DNA from: Planctomycetota bacterium
GTDB taxonomy: Bacteria > Planctomycetota > SZUA-567 > H5-PLA8
Assembly: GCA_038227875.1 (NCBI GenBank)
Contig: JBBRPR010000030.1
Span: 35,923 to 99,922, forward strand
Length of the DNA: 64,000 nt
Direction of reading: 5' to 3'
Shown: in pieces, positions 46,703 through 59,600 of the stretch
How the letters are laid out: the number at the start of each line of letters is the position of its first letter
Numbering within the stretch: position 1 is the stretch's first letter
Translations under genes and position numbers: made by a program
Notes under the pieces: model-generated
What the model was told of the DNA's origin: nothing
The model's input: the letters and a program-made list of their open reading frames with translations, nothing else
Database searches by the model: none

Positions 46703-49419
46703 GATGATATTGCTCCCGTCTCGGCGGCGACCTGCGGCTGCTGCGTCTCGGCCGTCAGTGGCAGCGTGAAATTGAAGATCGCGCCGCCGCCGGGGCGGTT
46801 CTCAGCCCAGATTTTCCCGCCGTGCGCTTCAATGATCGCGCGGCAGATCGGCAGGCCCAATCCCGCGCCGGAAGCATTGCCGACCGATTTCCCGCGGTAG
46901 AACTTCTCGAAAATCTTCTTCTCGTCACCGGCGACCAACCCCGCCCCGCGATCGGCAATGCGCACGGTCAGTTGCTCGGGGGAACTGAGCGCGGAGATCT
47001 CGATCGGCGATCCCGCCGGCGTGTACTTCGCGGCATTCTCGAGCAGATTGATGATCACTTGCTCGACCATCACCACGTCCATCGGCACCATCGGCAGGTC
47101 GTTGGCGATTGCCGTGGAGACCGGGCGGCCCTGGAGCGACTTGTCGACGCGGGTCAGCGCGGTGCTCACGATCTCGACCAGTGGACACCATTCCTTCTTC
47201 GCTTTTGCGCCGGAATCGAGCTTGGTCATCTCAAGCAGGTTGTTGACCAGCCGCGAGAGGCGGTCGGCCTCTTCGGAGACCGTCTGGACCAGTTCGCGCA
47301 TCACGTTGCGGTCGATCGTGTCGAGCGACGAGAGCAGCCCGCTGGCCGCGCCACAGATTGAAGCCAGCGGTGTGCGCAGATCGTGCGAGACGGAGCTCAG
47401 CAGCGCGCTGCGCGACTTTTCCGTCTCGATCTGGATGTGCGCGTCGCGGGCTTCGTTGGCAAGGCGGTCGCCATCGATCGATAGGCCGGCCTGGCTGGCG
47501 AAGGCTTCGAGCAGCTGCATCTGTTCAGGCGTGAAAACGCGCGCGGCGTGAGCAGGATGAACGCCGAGCACGCCGACGGGGCCGCTCGCCGCGTTGAGCG
47601 GCACATACGACGCCTCCGCTGCGGAGAGCGTGTCGGTGCCCAATCCCGCCGGCCGGCCGAGATCGTAAACCCACTGCGCCACGCCGCGCTCGCGGGGCGT
47701 GTACGGAAACGTGCCCTCGTTGCCGGCCTTGACGACGAGGCGGCCTTCCGCGTCGGGGAGCAGGCCGACGACGTTGCTCTCGAAGACATCGGCCACGTGT
47801 CGCACGACCACTTCGATCAACTGCTCGGGCCCGCGCGTGCGGGCCAGCTCGCGGCTCATCGAGTACAGCGCGGCGGTGCGCCGTTCGCGCGAGGTCGTTG
47901 TGGAAACCTGGAGCTGAATCTTGGACGTGAACGAACTGATGATCAGCGTGACGATCAGCATGATCGCAAACGTCAGCAGGTAGCGGCTGTCGGAGACCGC
48001 GAACGAGAAGTATGGCGGGATGAACAGAAAGTCGAACGCGGCGACGCTTAACACGGAGCTCAAGATCGCCGGCCAGCGGCCCAGCCGCGCAGCGATGATC
48101 ACCACGCCGAGAAGATAGACCATGATGATGTTGGCCGGATCAAAGACCGGGAACATCATCCGACCGATGACCGTGCAGATGCCGACGATGCCCAGCGCCA
48201 AACCGTACGGCGTCCAGTCGACGTTCGTGTCGGTGACGAGTTTGAGCGGCGAGACGCCCTCGTCCGGATCGCCCTTGATCACGTAGACATCAATGTCGCC
48301 ACTGCGCCGGATCAGGTCGTCGACCAGCGAGCCAAAGATGCGCTCGCGCCAGGTTGCCAGCGTCGGCTTGCCGATGATGATGCGCGTGATGTGGCGGCTC
48401 TGCGCGAATTCCAGAATTTCGCGGACGGGCGCCGCGCTGTTGAGCACGATGGTTTCCGCGCCGAGCTGTTCGGCCAGACGCAGGTTCTGTTTCACCTGCT
48501 CGCGGCCTTTTTCCGTCAGGCTCGCCAGCGACGGCGGCTCGACGTACACGGCGATCCATTCCGCGCGCAACCCCGACGCCATGCGCCGCGCCGCGCGGAT
48601 CAGGCGCGCGGAGAAGGGACTCGGCCCGATGCAGACGAGAATCCGGTCGGTCGTGCCCCAGGTTCCGGCGATCGACTTTTCCTGGCGGTACGACTGGACC
48701 TGCTTGTTGACGCGATCGGCGGTCGCGCGCAGCGCCAGTTCGCGCAGCGCGGTCAGGTTGCCTTTGCGAAAGAAATTGACCGCGGCGCGTTCGGCCTGCT
48801 CGGAAAGATAGACCTTGCCTTCCTTCATGCGTTTCAGGAGATCATCGGGCGCCAAGTCAATCAGCTCGATCTCCGTCGCTTCTTCGATGATCGAATCGGG
48901 AATCGTTTCACGCACGACGATGCCGGTGATCTGCGCGACGACGTCGTTGAGCGATTCGATGTGCTGGACGTTGACGGTGGTGAAGACGTCGATGCCGGCC
49001 TTGAGCAGTTCCTGAACGTCCTGCCAGCGCTTGCTGTTTCGCGATCCCGGCGCGTTGGTGTGTGCGAGTTCGTCGATCAGGATCAATTGTGGATGACGCG
49101 CGATCGCCGCGTCGAGATCGAACTCGCGCAGCTTCGAGCCTTTGTATTCCAGGAAGCGCGGCGGAAGCAGTTCGAAGCCGTGAACGAGCGCCTCGGTCTC
49201 CTTGCGGCGGTGCGTCTCGACGATGCCGATGATCACCTCGCCACCCTCGTTCTTGCGCGCACGGGCGGCTTCAAGCATCGCGTACGTCTTGCCGACGCCG
49301 GCCGACGCACCGAAGAAGACCTTCAACTTGCCGAGCTTGGCCTGCTGCTCTTCGGCCTTCACGCGCGCGAGAAGCTGATCGGGATCGGGGCGGTGTTCGA
49401 GAATGTCTTCGGTGCTCAT
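46699..49419 (-). CDS. kdpD: Sensor histidine kinase KdpD
   Basis: GASAGVGKTYAML, DELAHTN, KRWQDV, Usp domain, 4 TM, SHDLRTPL. Confidence 0.97.
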   Translation of the reverse strand: MSTEDILEHRPDPDQLLARVKAEEQQAKLGKLKVFFGASAGVGKTYAMLEAARARKNEGGEVIIGIVETHRRKETEALVHGFELLPPRFLEYKGSKLREFDLDAAIARHPQLILIDELAHTNAPGSRNSKRWQDVQELLKAGIDVFTTVNVQHIESLNDVVAQITGIVVRETIPDSIIEEATEIELIDLAPDDLLKRMKEGKVYLSEQAERAAVNFFRKGNLTALRELALRATADRVNKQVQSYRQEKSIAGTWGTTDRILVCIGPSPFSARLIRAARRMASGLRAEWIAVYVEPPSLASLTEKGREQVKQNLRLAEQLGAETIVLNSAAPVREILEFAQSRHITRIIIGKPTLATWRERIFGSLVDDLIRRSGDIDVYVIKGDPDEGVSPLKLVTDTNVDWTPYGLALGIVGICTVIGRMMFPVFDPANIIMVYLLGVVIIAARLGRWPAILSSVLSVAAFDFLFIPPYFSFAVSDSRYLLTFAIMLIVTLIISSFTSKIQLQVSTTTSRERRTAALYSMSRELARTRGPEQLIEVVVRHVADVFESNVVGLLPDAEGRLVVKAGNEGTFPYTPRERGVAQWVYDLGRPAGLGTDTLSAAEASYVPLNAASGPVGVLGVHPAHAARVFTPEQMQLLEAFASQAGLSIDGDRLANEARDAHIQIETEKSRSALLSSVSHDLRTPLASICGAASGLLSSLDTIDRNVMRELVQTVSEEADRLSRLVNNLLEMTKLDSGAKAKKEWCPLVEIVSTALTRVDKSLQGRPVSTAIANDLPMVPMDVVMVEQVIINLLENAAKYTPAGSPIEISALSSPEQLTVRIADRGAGLVAGDEKKIFEKFYRGKSVGNASGAGLGLPICRAIIEAHGGKIWAENRPGGGAIFNFTLPLTAETQQPQVAAETGAISS

Positions 49420-49476
49420 GATTGAGAACGCTTTCGAGCGAAAGTGGATTCGCCTGAATACATTTAGCCCGGCACA

Positions 49477-49526
49477 GCGTTAAAAATCCGTTTAAACGGC
49501 GGGGGCGGGTATCAAGAAGTTATTAA
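49477..49526 (-). promoter_or_regulatory. Putative KdpE operator array upstream of kdpD
   Basis: GTTA/GTTT/ATCA/ATTA half-sites at 49479, 49490, 49511 and 49522 (11-21-11 spacing), the same geometry as upstream of kdpF. Confidence 0.55.
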
Positions 49527-49541
49527 GAAGGGAGAAATGTC

Positions 49542-49569
49542 CGCAGCTCCCGCCCGCACGGGAGCTGCG
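49542..49569 (-). terminator. Hairpin after kdpC
   Basis: CGCAGCTCCCG-N6-CGGGAGCTGCG. Confidence 0.6.
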
Positions 49570-49587
49570 TGAAACTGGATGCGGAGC

Positions 49588-50172
49588 TTAGTGCGCCGCG
49601 TCGAGCGCCATGTTGAGACTCAAGACATTGACGCGCGCTTCGCCGAACAACCCAAGCTGACGCTGCTGCGTATTCTGTGCAACAAGGTCGCGGACTTTCG
49701 ACTCATCCAGCTTCCGCGCTTTGGCCACGCGCTTGACCTGGTACTCCGCAGCGGCGGGACTGATTTCCGGATCCAGGCCGCTACCTGAGGCCGTGACCAG
49801 GTCGACGGGAATCGGCGCAGCGTTATCGGGATCAGCGTCCTTCAGATCCTTGATGCGCGCGTTGACGTTGTCCATCAGCGACGAGTTAGTCGGCCCGAGA
49901 TTCGATCCGGTGGAGCCGGTGGGATCGTACGGCTTTGGGCTGGTCGCCGAGAGCCGACCCCAGAAGTACTTCGGATCGCTGAAGGGCTGACCGATCAGCG
50001 CCGAGCCCATCGGCTTGCCGTCCTTTTCCACGATGCTGCCGTTGGCCTGCTTCGGAAAAACGGTCTGCGACACGGCCGTCACCACCAACGGGTAGGCCAG
50101 TCCCGTCACCAGCGTCAGCACCAGAATGGACAGGATGGTGGGGCGAAGTTGTCGAACGATTTCAGTAAGCAT
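49588..50172 (-). CDS. kdpC: K+-transporting ATPase subunit C
   Basis: [37 protein letters not shown]. Confidence 0.96.
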   Translation of the reverse strand: MLTEIVRQLRPTILSILVLTLVTGLAYPLVVTAVSQTVFPKQANGSIVEKDGKPMGSALIGQPFSDPKYFWGRLSATSPKPYDPTGSTGSNLGPTNSSLMDNVNARIKDLKDADPDNAAPIPVDLVTASGSGLDPEISPAAAEYQVKRVAKARKLDESKVRDLVAQNTQQRQLGLFGEARVNVLSLNMALDAAH

Positions 50173-50260
50173 GGATGGTTCCTCTCTTTTCTCAATTTTT
50201 CAAACTTTCAACTTTCAGTTCTCGACATTCGACATTCGACATTCCGCGTTCCGCATTCCA

Positions 50261-52336
<2,076 letters not shown>

Positions 52337-52354
52337 GTGTGTCAAAGTCCTTGA

Positions 52355-54205
52355 TTATTGAACCATGTTCAGATGTTCGACGATCGGCCCCAGCGCGATC
52401 GCGGGGAAGTGGAGCAACGCGGTAAAGATCACAATGACGCCGAGCAGGAAGGCCACGAACAGCGGCGTGTGCGTCGGCAGCGTTCCGGCCGAGACGGGCA
52501 CCGACTTCTTCCGCGCCAGCGAACCGGCGATGGCGAGAATCGGAACCGCCAGCCAGAAGCGGCCGATCAACATCGCCGCGCCGAGAATGATGTTGTAGAA
52601 GAGCGTGTTGGCGCTCAAGCCGGCGAACGCGCTGCCGTTGTTATTCGTCGCGGAAGTAAACGCATAAAGGATCTCCGTGAAACCGTGCGCGCCCATGTTG
52701 GCCCGCCCTGCCAGTCCGGCATCCGACGTCACGCCGATGGCGGTGCCGATGAGTTGGATCACCGGTGGCACGAGCAGAATCAGCGAAGCCATTTTCATCT
52801 CGTAGGCTTCGATCTTCTTGCCCAGGTATTCCGGCGTGCGTCCCACCATCAGGCCGGCGATGAAGACGGTGACGAGCACGTAGATCAGCATGCCGTACAG
52901 TCCGCAGCCGACGCCGCCGTAGATGATCTCGCTGTACTGAATGTTGAGCAGCGGAACCATCCCGCCCAGCGGCGTGAACGAATCGTGCATCGAATTCACC
53001 GCGCCGCAGGAGGTGCCGGTCGTCGCAGTGGCGAAGAACGCCGAGTTGACGATGCCAAAACGCGTCTCCTTGCCTTCCATGTTGCCGCCGGGATTGGTCG
53101 CGGATGCAACCTGGTCGACGCCCACTTTGGTGAACGCAGGGTTGCCGCTCTGTTCGGCCGCCGTACAGATGGAAAGCATGCCGATGAAGAGGACGGTCAT
53201 CGTCACGAAGATGGCCCAGCCCTGGCGCTTGTCTTTGACCATTTCTCCAAACGTGAAGCACAACGACGCGGGAATCAGAAGCAGGCCGATCATTTCCATC
53301 AAGTTCGTCAGCGGTGTCGGATTCTCGAACGGATGCGCGGAGTTGGCGTTGAAGAAGCCACCGCCATTTGTACCAAGTTCCTTAATTGCTTCTTGCGAGG
53401 CCACGGGGCCCAGCGCAATCGACTGTTCCTTCAGCGGCAGCGTTTCCATTTTCTGCTGCGTCTTGGGCTGCTGGTTTTCATCGAGCACCGAGTTGCCCTT
53501 CTCGTCCTTGACCGGTTCCATCACGGGGTTGCCGTCTTTGTCCTTCACCGGATTGGAGTAGGTCTGTTCCTGGACCAGCGACGTCGTCTTGTACTCGCTC
53601 AACGTCTGCGGCACGCCCTGCGCGACCAGGAACATCGCCAGCACGAACGACAGCGGCATCAGGATGTAGAGCGTGACCTTGGTCAGGTCGATCCAGAAGT
53701 TGCCAAGCTGCTTGGTCTCCTTGCGCGTGAGCGCACGAATCAGCGCCATCAAGATCGCGACGCCGGTGGCGGCCGAGACGAAGTTGTGGACGGTCATCCC
53801 CATCATCTGCGTGAGGTAGCTCATGGTGGATTCGCCGGCATAGCCCTGCCAGTTGGTGTTGGTGGTGAAACTCGCCGCCGTGTTGAACGACGAGTCGGGA
53901 CTGACGCCGGCCATCCCCGCGGGATTGAGCGGCAGCACGCCCTGCACACGCTGCAAGACGTACAGCGTGACCATGGCCGCGAGGTTGAACAGCAGCATGG
54001 CGATGGCGTATTGTTTCCAGTCCATCTCATCACCTTCGCGCACGCCGAAGATGCGGTAGAACAGCCGTTCGATCGGTCCGAGAATCTTCTGCGCGACCGT
54101 CGCGCGGCCTTCAAAAACGCGAGCGATGTAAGCCCCCAGCGGCACCGCGAGGCCCACCAGCAGCAGCATGTACACGCCGATTTGAATGTATCCGTTGGTC
54201 ATCAT
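52355..54205 (-). CDS. kdpA: K+-transporting ATPase subunit A
   Basis: SFTTNTNWQGY, LGTNGGGFF, NMEGKE, GRTPEYLGKKIE, NNGSAF. Confidence 0.98.
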   Translation of the reverse strand: MMTNGYIQIGVYMLLLVGLAVPLGAYIARVFEGRATVAQKILGPIERLFYRIFGVREGDEMDWKQYAIAMLLFNLAAMVTLYVLQRVQGVLPLNPAGMAGVSPDSSFNTAASFTTNTNWQGYAGESTMSYLTQMMGMTVHNFVSAATGVAILMALIRALTRKETKQLGNFWIDLTKVTLYILMPLSFVLAMFLVAQGVPQTLSEYKTTSLVQEQTYSNPVKDKDGNPVMEPVKDEKGNSVLDENQQPKTQQKMETLPLKEQSIALGPVASQEAIKELGTNGGGFFNANSAHPFENPTPLTNLMEMIGLLLIPASLCFTFGEMVKDKRQGWAIFVTMTVLFIGMLSICTAAEQSGNPAFTKVGVDQVASATNPGGNMEGKETRFGIVNSAFFATATTGTSCGAVNSMHDSFTPLGGMVPLLNIQYSEIIYGGVGCGLYGMLIYVLVTVFIAGLMVGRTPEYLGKKIEAYEMKMASLILLVPPVIQLIGTAIGVTSDAGLAGRANMGAHGFTEILYAFTSATNNNGSAFAGLSANTLFYNIILGAAMLIGRFWLAVPILAIAGSLARKKSVPVSAGTLPTHTPLFVAFLLGVIVIFTALLHFPAIALGPIVEHLNMVQ

Positions 54206-54207
54206 GT

Positions 54208-54297
54208 TTAGAAAAGCTCCGGCTTGAGAAGCGCCACCAGCAGGTAAATGGAGAGCGCGACAGCGACGACGAGTCCGATGATGTAAATGGCTGACAC
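54208..54297 (-). CDS. kdpF: K+-transporting ATPase subunit F
   Basis: GTG start after AAAGGAG; MSAIYIIGLVVAVALSIYLLVALLKPELF (YLxxALxxPExF motif). Confidence 0.9.
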   Translation of the reverse strand: MSAIYIIGLVVAVALSIYLLVALLKPELF

Positions 54298-54310
54298 GGG
54301 TTTGCTCCTT

Positions 54311-54403
54311 TTAATGACCGCGCAACTTCTCGCAGAAGTGAACCGCGGCGAAGGTGACGGCGAAGAAAACGACGGTGAGTACGACGAACATGAGATCCTG
54401 CAT
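54311..54403 (-). CDS. 30-aa hydrophobic peptide upstream of kdpF
   Basis: GGGAGGAG RBS; MQDLMFVVLTVVFFAVTFAAVHFCEKLRGH-stop; single TM. Confidence 0.75.
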   Translation of the reverse strand: MQDLMFVVLTVVFFAVTFAAVHFCEKLRGH

Positions 54404-54451
54404 GGCGCTCCTCCCTGTGAGTCAGACTGCACAGGTAAAATACAAGGAGCC

Positions 54452-54500
54452 GCGTTAGGAAGTCGTTAAATCGAAGGTGGGCGGTGTCAAAAGGGTGTTA
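54452..54500 (-). promoter_or_regulatory. Putative KdpE operator array / kdp promoter
   Basis: GTTA, GTTA, GTCA, GTTA at 54454, 54465, 54486 and 54497 (11-21-11 spacing). Confidence 0.55.
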
Positions 54501-54539
54501 CGGAGTCAGGAATATATAATTAGGAATTCGCAATAGTGA

Positions 54540-54575
54540 AAATGACCCTATGGCAAATTTGCCATAGGGTCATTT
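54540..54575 (-). terminator. Perfect 36-bp palindrome, probable terminator of the oxidoreductase gene
   Basis: AAATGACCCTATGGCAAATTTGCCATAGGGTCATTT. Confidence 0.6.
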
Positions 54576-54596
54576 AGGCTAATTCATACTATTACA

Positions 54597-55583
54597 TCAA
54601 AGTGCAACCGGCTTGCCCGTCGCCGCGGAGGCGTTCGCAGCGCAACAGACGGCCAGGGTCTTGACTGCGTCTTCATACGTGGAGCGCACCGGCGCCATAC
54701 TCTTCTCGCGCACGGCTTGCAGGAAGCGCTTGAGTTCGGTCTGGTAGCAATCGTCGCCGGGCTTGAACTCCACCTTCATATTGCGAACAACGCCCGTCAG
54801 CGAGTTTTCGAACAGATCGATGTTCAAGCGCGCGTCGCGGCAAAGGACTTCGATCACGGCCAGTCCCGGCGCCGAGGCCCACGAGTGGTTGTGCGTACCG
54901 GTCAGGCCACTGCTGAACGAGAAGGCCATGCTGATCGTGTCGTTGACGGTGACGTCCGGCGCTTTCGGCACGACGCGGTTGCTGCCGTACGCGGTGATGG
55001 CGTTGATGTCGCCGACGAGATAACGGATCAAGTCCAACGCGTGGATGGCTTGGTCGAGCAGCGGGCCGCCGGACTTGTCCTGCATCTTGAACCACGCGGG
55101 AAAATCCGGATTCAAAATCGCGCCGCAGACGAACGTGCTGCGAATCGCGAGGATCGTCTGGCCTTGCAGCAATTCCTTCGCGCGGTCGGTGGTTTCCTTA
55201 TGTCGGTACATGAAGCCGACGGAGTGGATGAGATTGGATTTGGCGACGACGGCGTTGACGCGGACGGCGTCTTCGACGGAGAACGCCGGCGGCTTTTCGC
55301 AGAAGAAAGGAATGCCGCGCTCGCAGGCGGCCTTGACCGGGTCCATGCGCGCGAAGGGCGGTGTGCAGATCAGCACCAGTTCCGGCTTCTGGGTGTCGAG
55401 CATCTCTTCGATGTTGCCGAAGCCCGTGCCGCCGAATTCCTTGGCCAGCACGTCGGCGCGCGGCTTTTCAATGTCGCAGAGGCCGACGATGGCCGTGCCG
55501 CCGATCTTCTTGAGATTGTTGAGATGGTGCTTGGCGATACCGCCCGTGCCGATGACGCCGACGCGAAGTGGCTGTGTGCTCAT
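54597..55583 (-). CDS. Gfo/Idh/MocA family oxidoreductase
   Basis: VGVIGTGGIA, CEKPPA, SGGPLLDQAIHALD. Confidence 0.92.
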   Translation of the reverse strand: MSTQPLRVGVIGTGGIAKHHLNNLKKIGGTAIVGLCDIEKPRADVLAKEFGGTGFGNIEEMLDTQKPELVLICTPPFARMDPVKAACERGIPFFCEKPPAFSVEDAVRVNAVVAKSNLIHSVGFMYRHKETTDRAKELLQGQTILAIRSTFVCGAILNPDFPAWFKMQDKSGGPLLDQAIHALDLIRYLVGDINAITAYGSNRVVPKAPDVTVNDTISMAFSFSSGLTGTHNHSWASAPGLAVIEVLCRDARLNIDLFENSLTGVVRNMKVEFKPGDDCYQTELKRFLQAVREKSMAPVRSTYEDAVKTLAVCCAANASAATGKPVAL

Positions 55584-55695
55584 TGCTACAAGTCTCCATG
55601 AAGTTCTGCCTACCGGTAAAGTCCGGTTGATGCGGAGAAATTACAGTGTCTGATCCCGTATTGCGTTCAATTCCAACCCAAATACAATTTCAAAC

Positions 55696-56628
55696 ATGAA
55701 CCATGTGACCAAGGAGCTCCTCAGCGGCGGCGCCGCGATGAAACAGATGAACCTGGCCGACGTCGGTCTGCCGGAGATCAAGCTGCTGGGCGCGCACAAA
55801 CTGCGCCGCGCCAGCCCGGGCCTGGCGATGCACCGGCATCCGGGGTTCATGGAATTCTGTTACCTGGCCAAGGGCGAGCGCGTCTTTCACGTCAACGGCG
55901 TCGACTATACTTTGAAAGGCAACGACGTCTTCTGGACCGATTCCGAAGAACCGCACGGCTCCGGATTCAACGCCGACGGCAAGGGACTGCAGTACTGGAT
56001 TCAGCTCCGCGTCCCGAAGACGCCGCAGCGCTTTTTAACGCTCTCGGCGCAGGACGCCTGGCCGCTGGTGCGCGGACTGCGCTCACTTCCGGCGCGCTGC
56101 TTTCCCGGCACACTGCGGATGAAGGAGCTTTTTGAAGGCGCGTTTCGCGCCTGCGAACGGGCCTCGAAACCGGTGACGCCAACCGAGCGACTGAGCATCG
56201 CCACGCGCATGGTCGAGTGGCTCTGCGTGGTCGTCGACTGTGCGCACCGCAAGGGCCCCCCGCCCCATTCGCCGCCGATTCGCGATGCGCTGGCGTGGCT
56301 GGAAAGCCAGGACGAGTTGCCCTCGATCGCGGAACTGGCCGGGCGCGTCCATCTTTCCGAATCGCGGTTCAAGGCGCGCTTTCGCGCGGAAGTCGGTGTG
56401 CCGCCGGGCGAGTACATCCTGCGGCTGCGCATCCGCCGTGCGACGGCATTGCTGCGGAAGTCGGACAAGCCGGTGACGGAGATTGCCTACGCGCTGGGAT
56501 TTTCCTCCTCTCAATATTTTGCCACGACCTTCAAGCGTTTTACGAATCATTCGCCGTCGGAGGTCCGCGACGGCGCACTCGAAGCTACTCGCCGGTCTTC
56601 AAAATCAACAGACGTCCAGCTGTGGTAG
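55696..56628 (+). CDS. AraC family transcriptional regulator (cupin plus HTH)
   Basis: HRH...E...PHG cupin; LSESRFKARF, EIAYALGFSSSQYFATTFKR. Confidence 0.92.
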   Translation: MNHVTKELLSGGAAMKQMNLADVGLPEIKLLGAHKLRRASPGLAMHRHPGFMEFCYLAKGERVFHVNGVDYTLKGNDVFWTDSEEPHGSGFNADGKGLQYWIQLRVPKTPQRFLTLSAQDAWPLVRGLRSLPARCFPGTLRMKELFEGAFRACERASKPVTPTERLSIATRMVEWLCVVVDCAHRKGPPPHSPPIRDALAWLESQDELPSIAELAGRVHLSESRFKARFRAEVGVPPGEYILRLRIRRATALLRKSDKPVTEIAYALGFSSSQYFATTFKRFTNHSPSEVRDGALEATRRSSKSTDVQLW

Positions 56629-59600
56629 TGACATAGAGCAGATCGCCGATGACGCTGATCTGCGTGACTTCCTCCTCCGTGCGGTACTGCCATAAATTCT
56701 TTCCAGCCGTCGGCGAGAGACTCCAGATCGTGCCCGCATCGGTAGCCACAAAGATGGCCGAGCCGACGAGGAACGGAATCTTCGAATCGCCGTCGAGGGG
56801 GTGGGACCAGATCGACTTCGCCTGGCCGCTCATCGGTGCGCGGTCAAATTTCTTGAGGACGCCGCGGCGCGTCAGCACGTAGATGCCATCGGCGGCGACC
56901 ACGGCGTGCGACGCTTCTTCCGTCGGGACGGCGGGGATTTCCCAGAGCAGTTGATGGTCTTTGACATCGACGACCACGACGCGGCCGTCTTTCATCACGA
57001 TCGGCGCGATGGTTTCGCTGCCGGACGGGAGGAAATTGTCGGGGCCGACTTCGCCTTTCAGATCCAGTTCCCAAATCAGCGTGCCGTCGTGAATTTTCGA
57101 GCAGCGCAGCCAGCCGCTGGAGCTCAGCGAAACGAAACTGCCCGGGCTGAAGGAAACCAGGCCTGTCGCCAGGGACGTTTTCCGTTCCTTGCGTGGATCG
57201 GAGGAAACCGGGCTGCCCTTTTCCAGCATCTTGCCGGTCTCGAGATCGATGATGTAGATCAGTCCGTCCTCACAACCCACCGCCAGCAGCGGCTTGCCGG
57301 CCAGATAGGACGCCGTTTCGAGGTACGGCTTCCCCACCGGCGCGGTGGGAAGCGAGGCGAGCTTCTCGGTTTTCAGCGTGACGAGGTCCAGGCTGAGGAC
57401 GTCGCGCGTGCGGAAGATCAGGAACGCTTTACCCGCCTTGAATGGTTCTGGCGGCGTGCGGGGATACCACCAGTTCTTCTCAACGAGAATCGGCATTCCT
57501 ACACCGTCGGGATTGGGACGGTTTGGCGCCTGGTCGCTGAAGAGATTCTTCAGCGTTGACTTCACCTCCTTGCCGAGCGGGTCGAGCACGGTCAAGGAGG
57601 TGCCGTGAAGCACGAACAGCGAACCGTCGATCAGCCGCGGCGGCGCGAAGATGGGGCCGCCGAGTTCAATCACCGCGAGCGGTTTGCGTTTGAGCGTGGT
57701 GTGGCGTTCGTTGAGTTCGTCGGGCATCAGGCGGTTGAAGCGCTGTTCGTACGGTTCGTAGCCGTCGTGCTCGACGCGCAGCACTGCCGCGCCGGAGACG
57801 GGGATATCGACCTCCAGCGGCGTTTTGCCGACTTCCTTGCCGTCCATGATCACAACCGAGCCGCTGGGCGTGGAACTGATCTTGATTGGAATTTTGACGT
57901 TCTTGACGGCCAGGAATGCGAACTCTTTCCGCAGCAGATCCTTGTAGAGTTCCATGCCGCGGACGCGGTCGGATTTGAGTGCGTCCTGGGCTTCCGTCAG
58001 CAGCTTGTTGAGGTCGCCGAGTTTGCCGTTGAGCGCTTCGATTTCCTTGCGCAGTTCCCTGGTGAGTTCGAAATCCGGATAGTCGCCTTCGGCGCGGCGC
58101 AGGATTTCCAGCGCGGCGACGACACCGCCTTCGGCGTCGGCCTGCTTCCTGCCGCGCTTGAGTTCGCTCTGGAGCTTTTCCAGATTCAACTGGAGGCTCT
58201 GGCGCTCCTTCTTGGCCGTATCGTAGCCCGGCGCGTCGGGGCCTTCCTTGATCACCTGGTCGTACGCTTCGATCGCGCGTTCGCCGTGCTTGGCCAGCAC
58301 TTCGTTCTTGGCACTGGAGAGCGCCTGCTGTGCGCGGTCGTCGCGGTCCTGGAGCAGCTTCAGGCCGGCTTCGATTTCGGGCCGCAACTCCGAACCGTCG
58401 GAGAGTTCCTTCAGCACTTCTTCCAGCGCCTTGCGCGCAGCGACGAACTGCTTCTGATCCAGCAGTGCCAGCGCGGCCTTCGCTCGCGAAACCTGGGCGG
58501 CATGGGCCTTGGCCTCGTCGTCGGTCTTCCTGGCCTGCTTGACCCGGTCGATGCCTTCCTGAGCCAGCGGCACCTGGGAGCTGGTGGGAAATCCGGTGGC
58601 CACGCTTTCGTAGATCTTGATCGCCTCGTCGTAATTTTTGGCCTTCTCCGCGTTGCGTGCGGTGACCATCTGCGATTCGATGTACGAATCGAGTTTCTTG
58701 ATGATGGTGCTTTCGCGTTCGCGGACAAAGTTGGCGGTGTCGCTGCCCTTGTCGGGGATGGAGTTGTAGAAGTCGTGCCAGAGTTTGATCGCCGCGTCGA
58801 AATTCTTCTCGTCGACGAACTTGTCGGAGGCCTTGATGGCCTTCTGGTAGTCTTCCGAGATGGCGGCCTTTGGCGCGATCTTCTGCAGGAGCATGAAGAC
58901 CACGAGGAAGACGGCCGCGAAGCCGAAGACAATCAGCGCGATGCGGCGGACTTTCTGGCGGCGCTTGTAGCGTTCGGCCGCTTCTTTGAAGCTGACGACT
59001 TCGGAGCCTTCGGGCGTGTCGCCGGAGGCGGCCGCGGCGTGAATGGCGTCGATGGTGTCTTGAATCTGCTTGCGCAGTTCAGCCTGTTCGGATTCGACGG
59101 TCGAGGTGTCCAGCAGGCGCCGGTAGATATAGAGCGCATCGAGGAAGCGCTTTTTGAAGCGGTGTTCGGAGGCGAGGAAGCGCAGTTCGTTGCCGGGGAT
59201 GGGGAAGATCCACGCGTCGTCGAGCATCTTCATCACCGTCGTGCAGACGTTGAAGCGCCCCAGGCAGCTCTTCTTGATCGTGGTTTCGAGCGTGCGGCCT
59301 TCCTTCAGCAGCTTGACGATCATCTGCGTGGCGCGCGGCGCCTTGGTGACCAGTTCTTCTCCCTTGGGCGCGAGTTTAAAGCACAGATACGGCGTGGGAA
59401 TGCGCTGCTGGATCTGCTTCCACGTGTCGTTGCGCTTGGCGGCTTCGGCGAGCATGGGCTGCGTATTGACGCTCAGTCGCTGCACGGGATTGCCGGTGCC
59501 GTCGGGATCGTAGACGTCGTCGACGTTCTTGTCGGAATCGAATTCGAAGGTCGCTTCCTTCCAGGTGAAGAGGTCGATGATCTGTTCTTCGACCTGGAAG

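Noticed and set aside
53440..53580. KdpA insertion with repeated PVKDxxGN motifs
   Set aside because: It lies in a variable extracytoplasmic loop, is in frame, and has no evident functional consequence.
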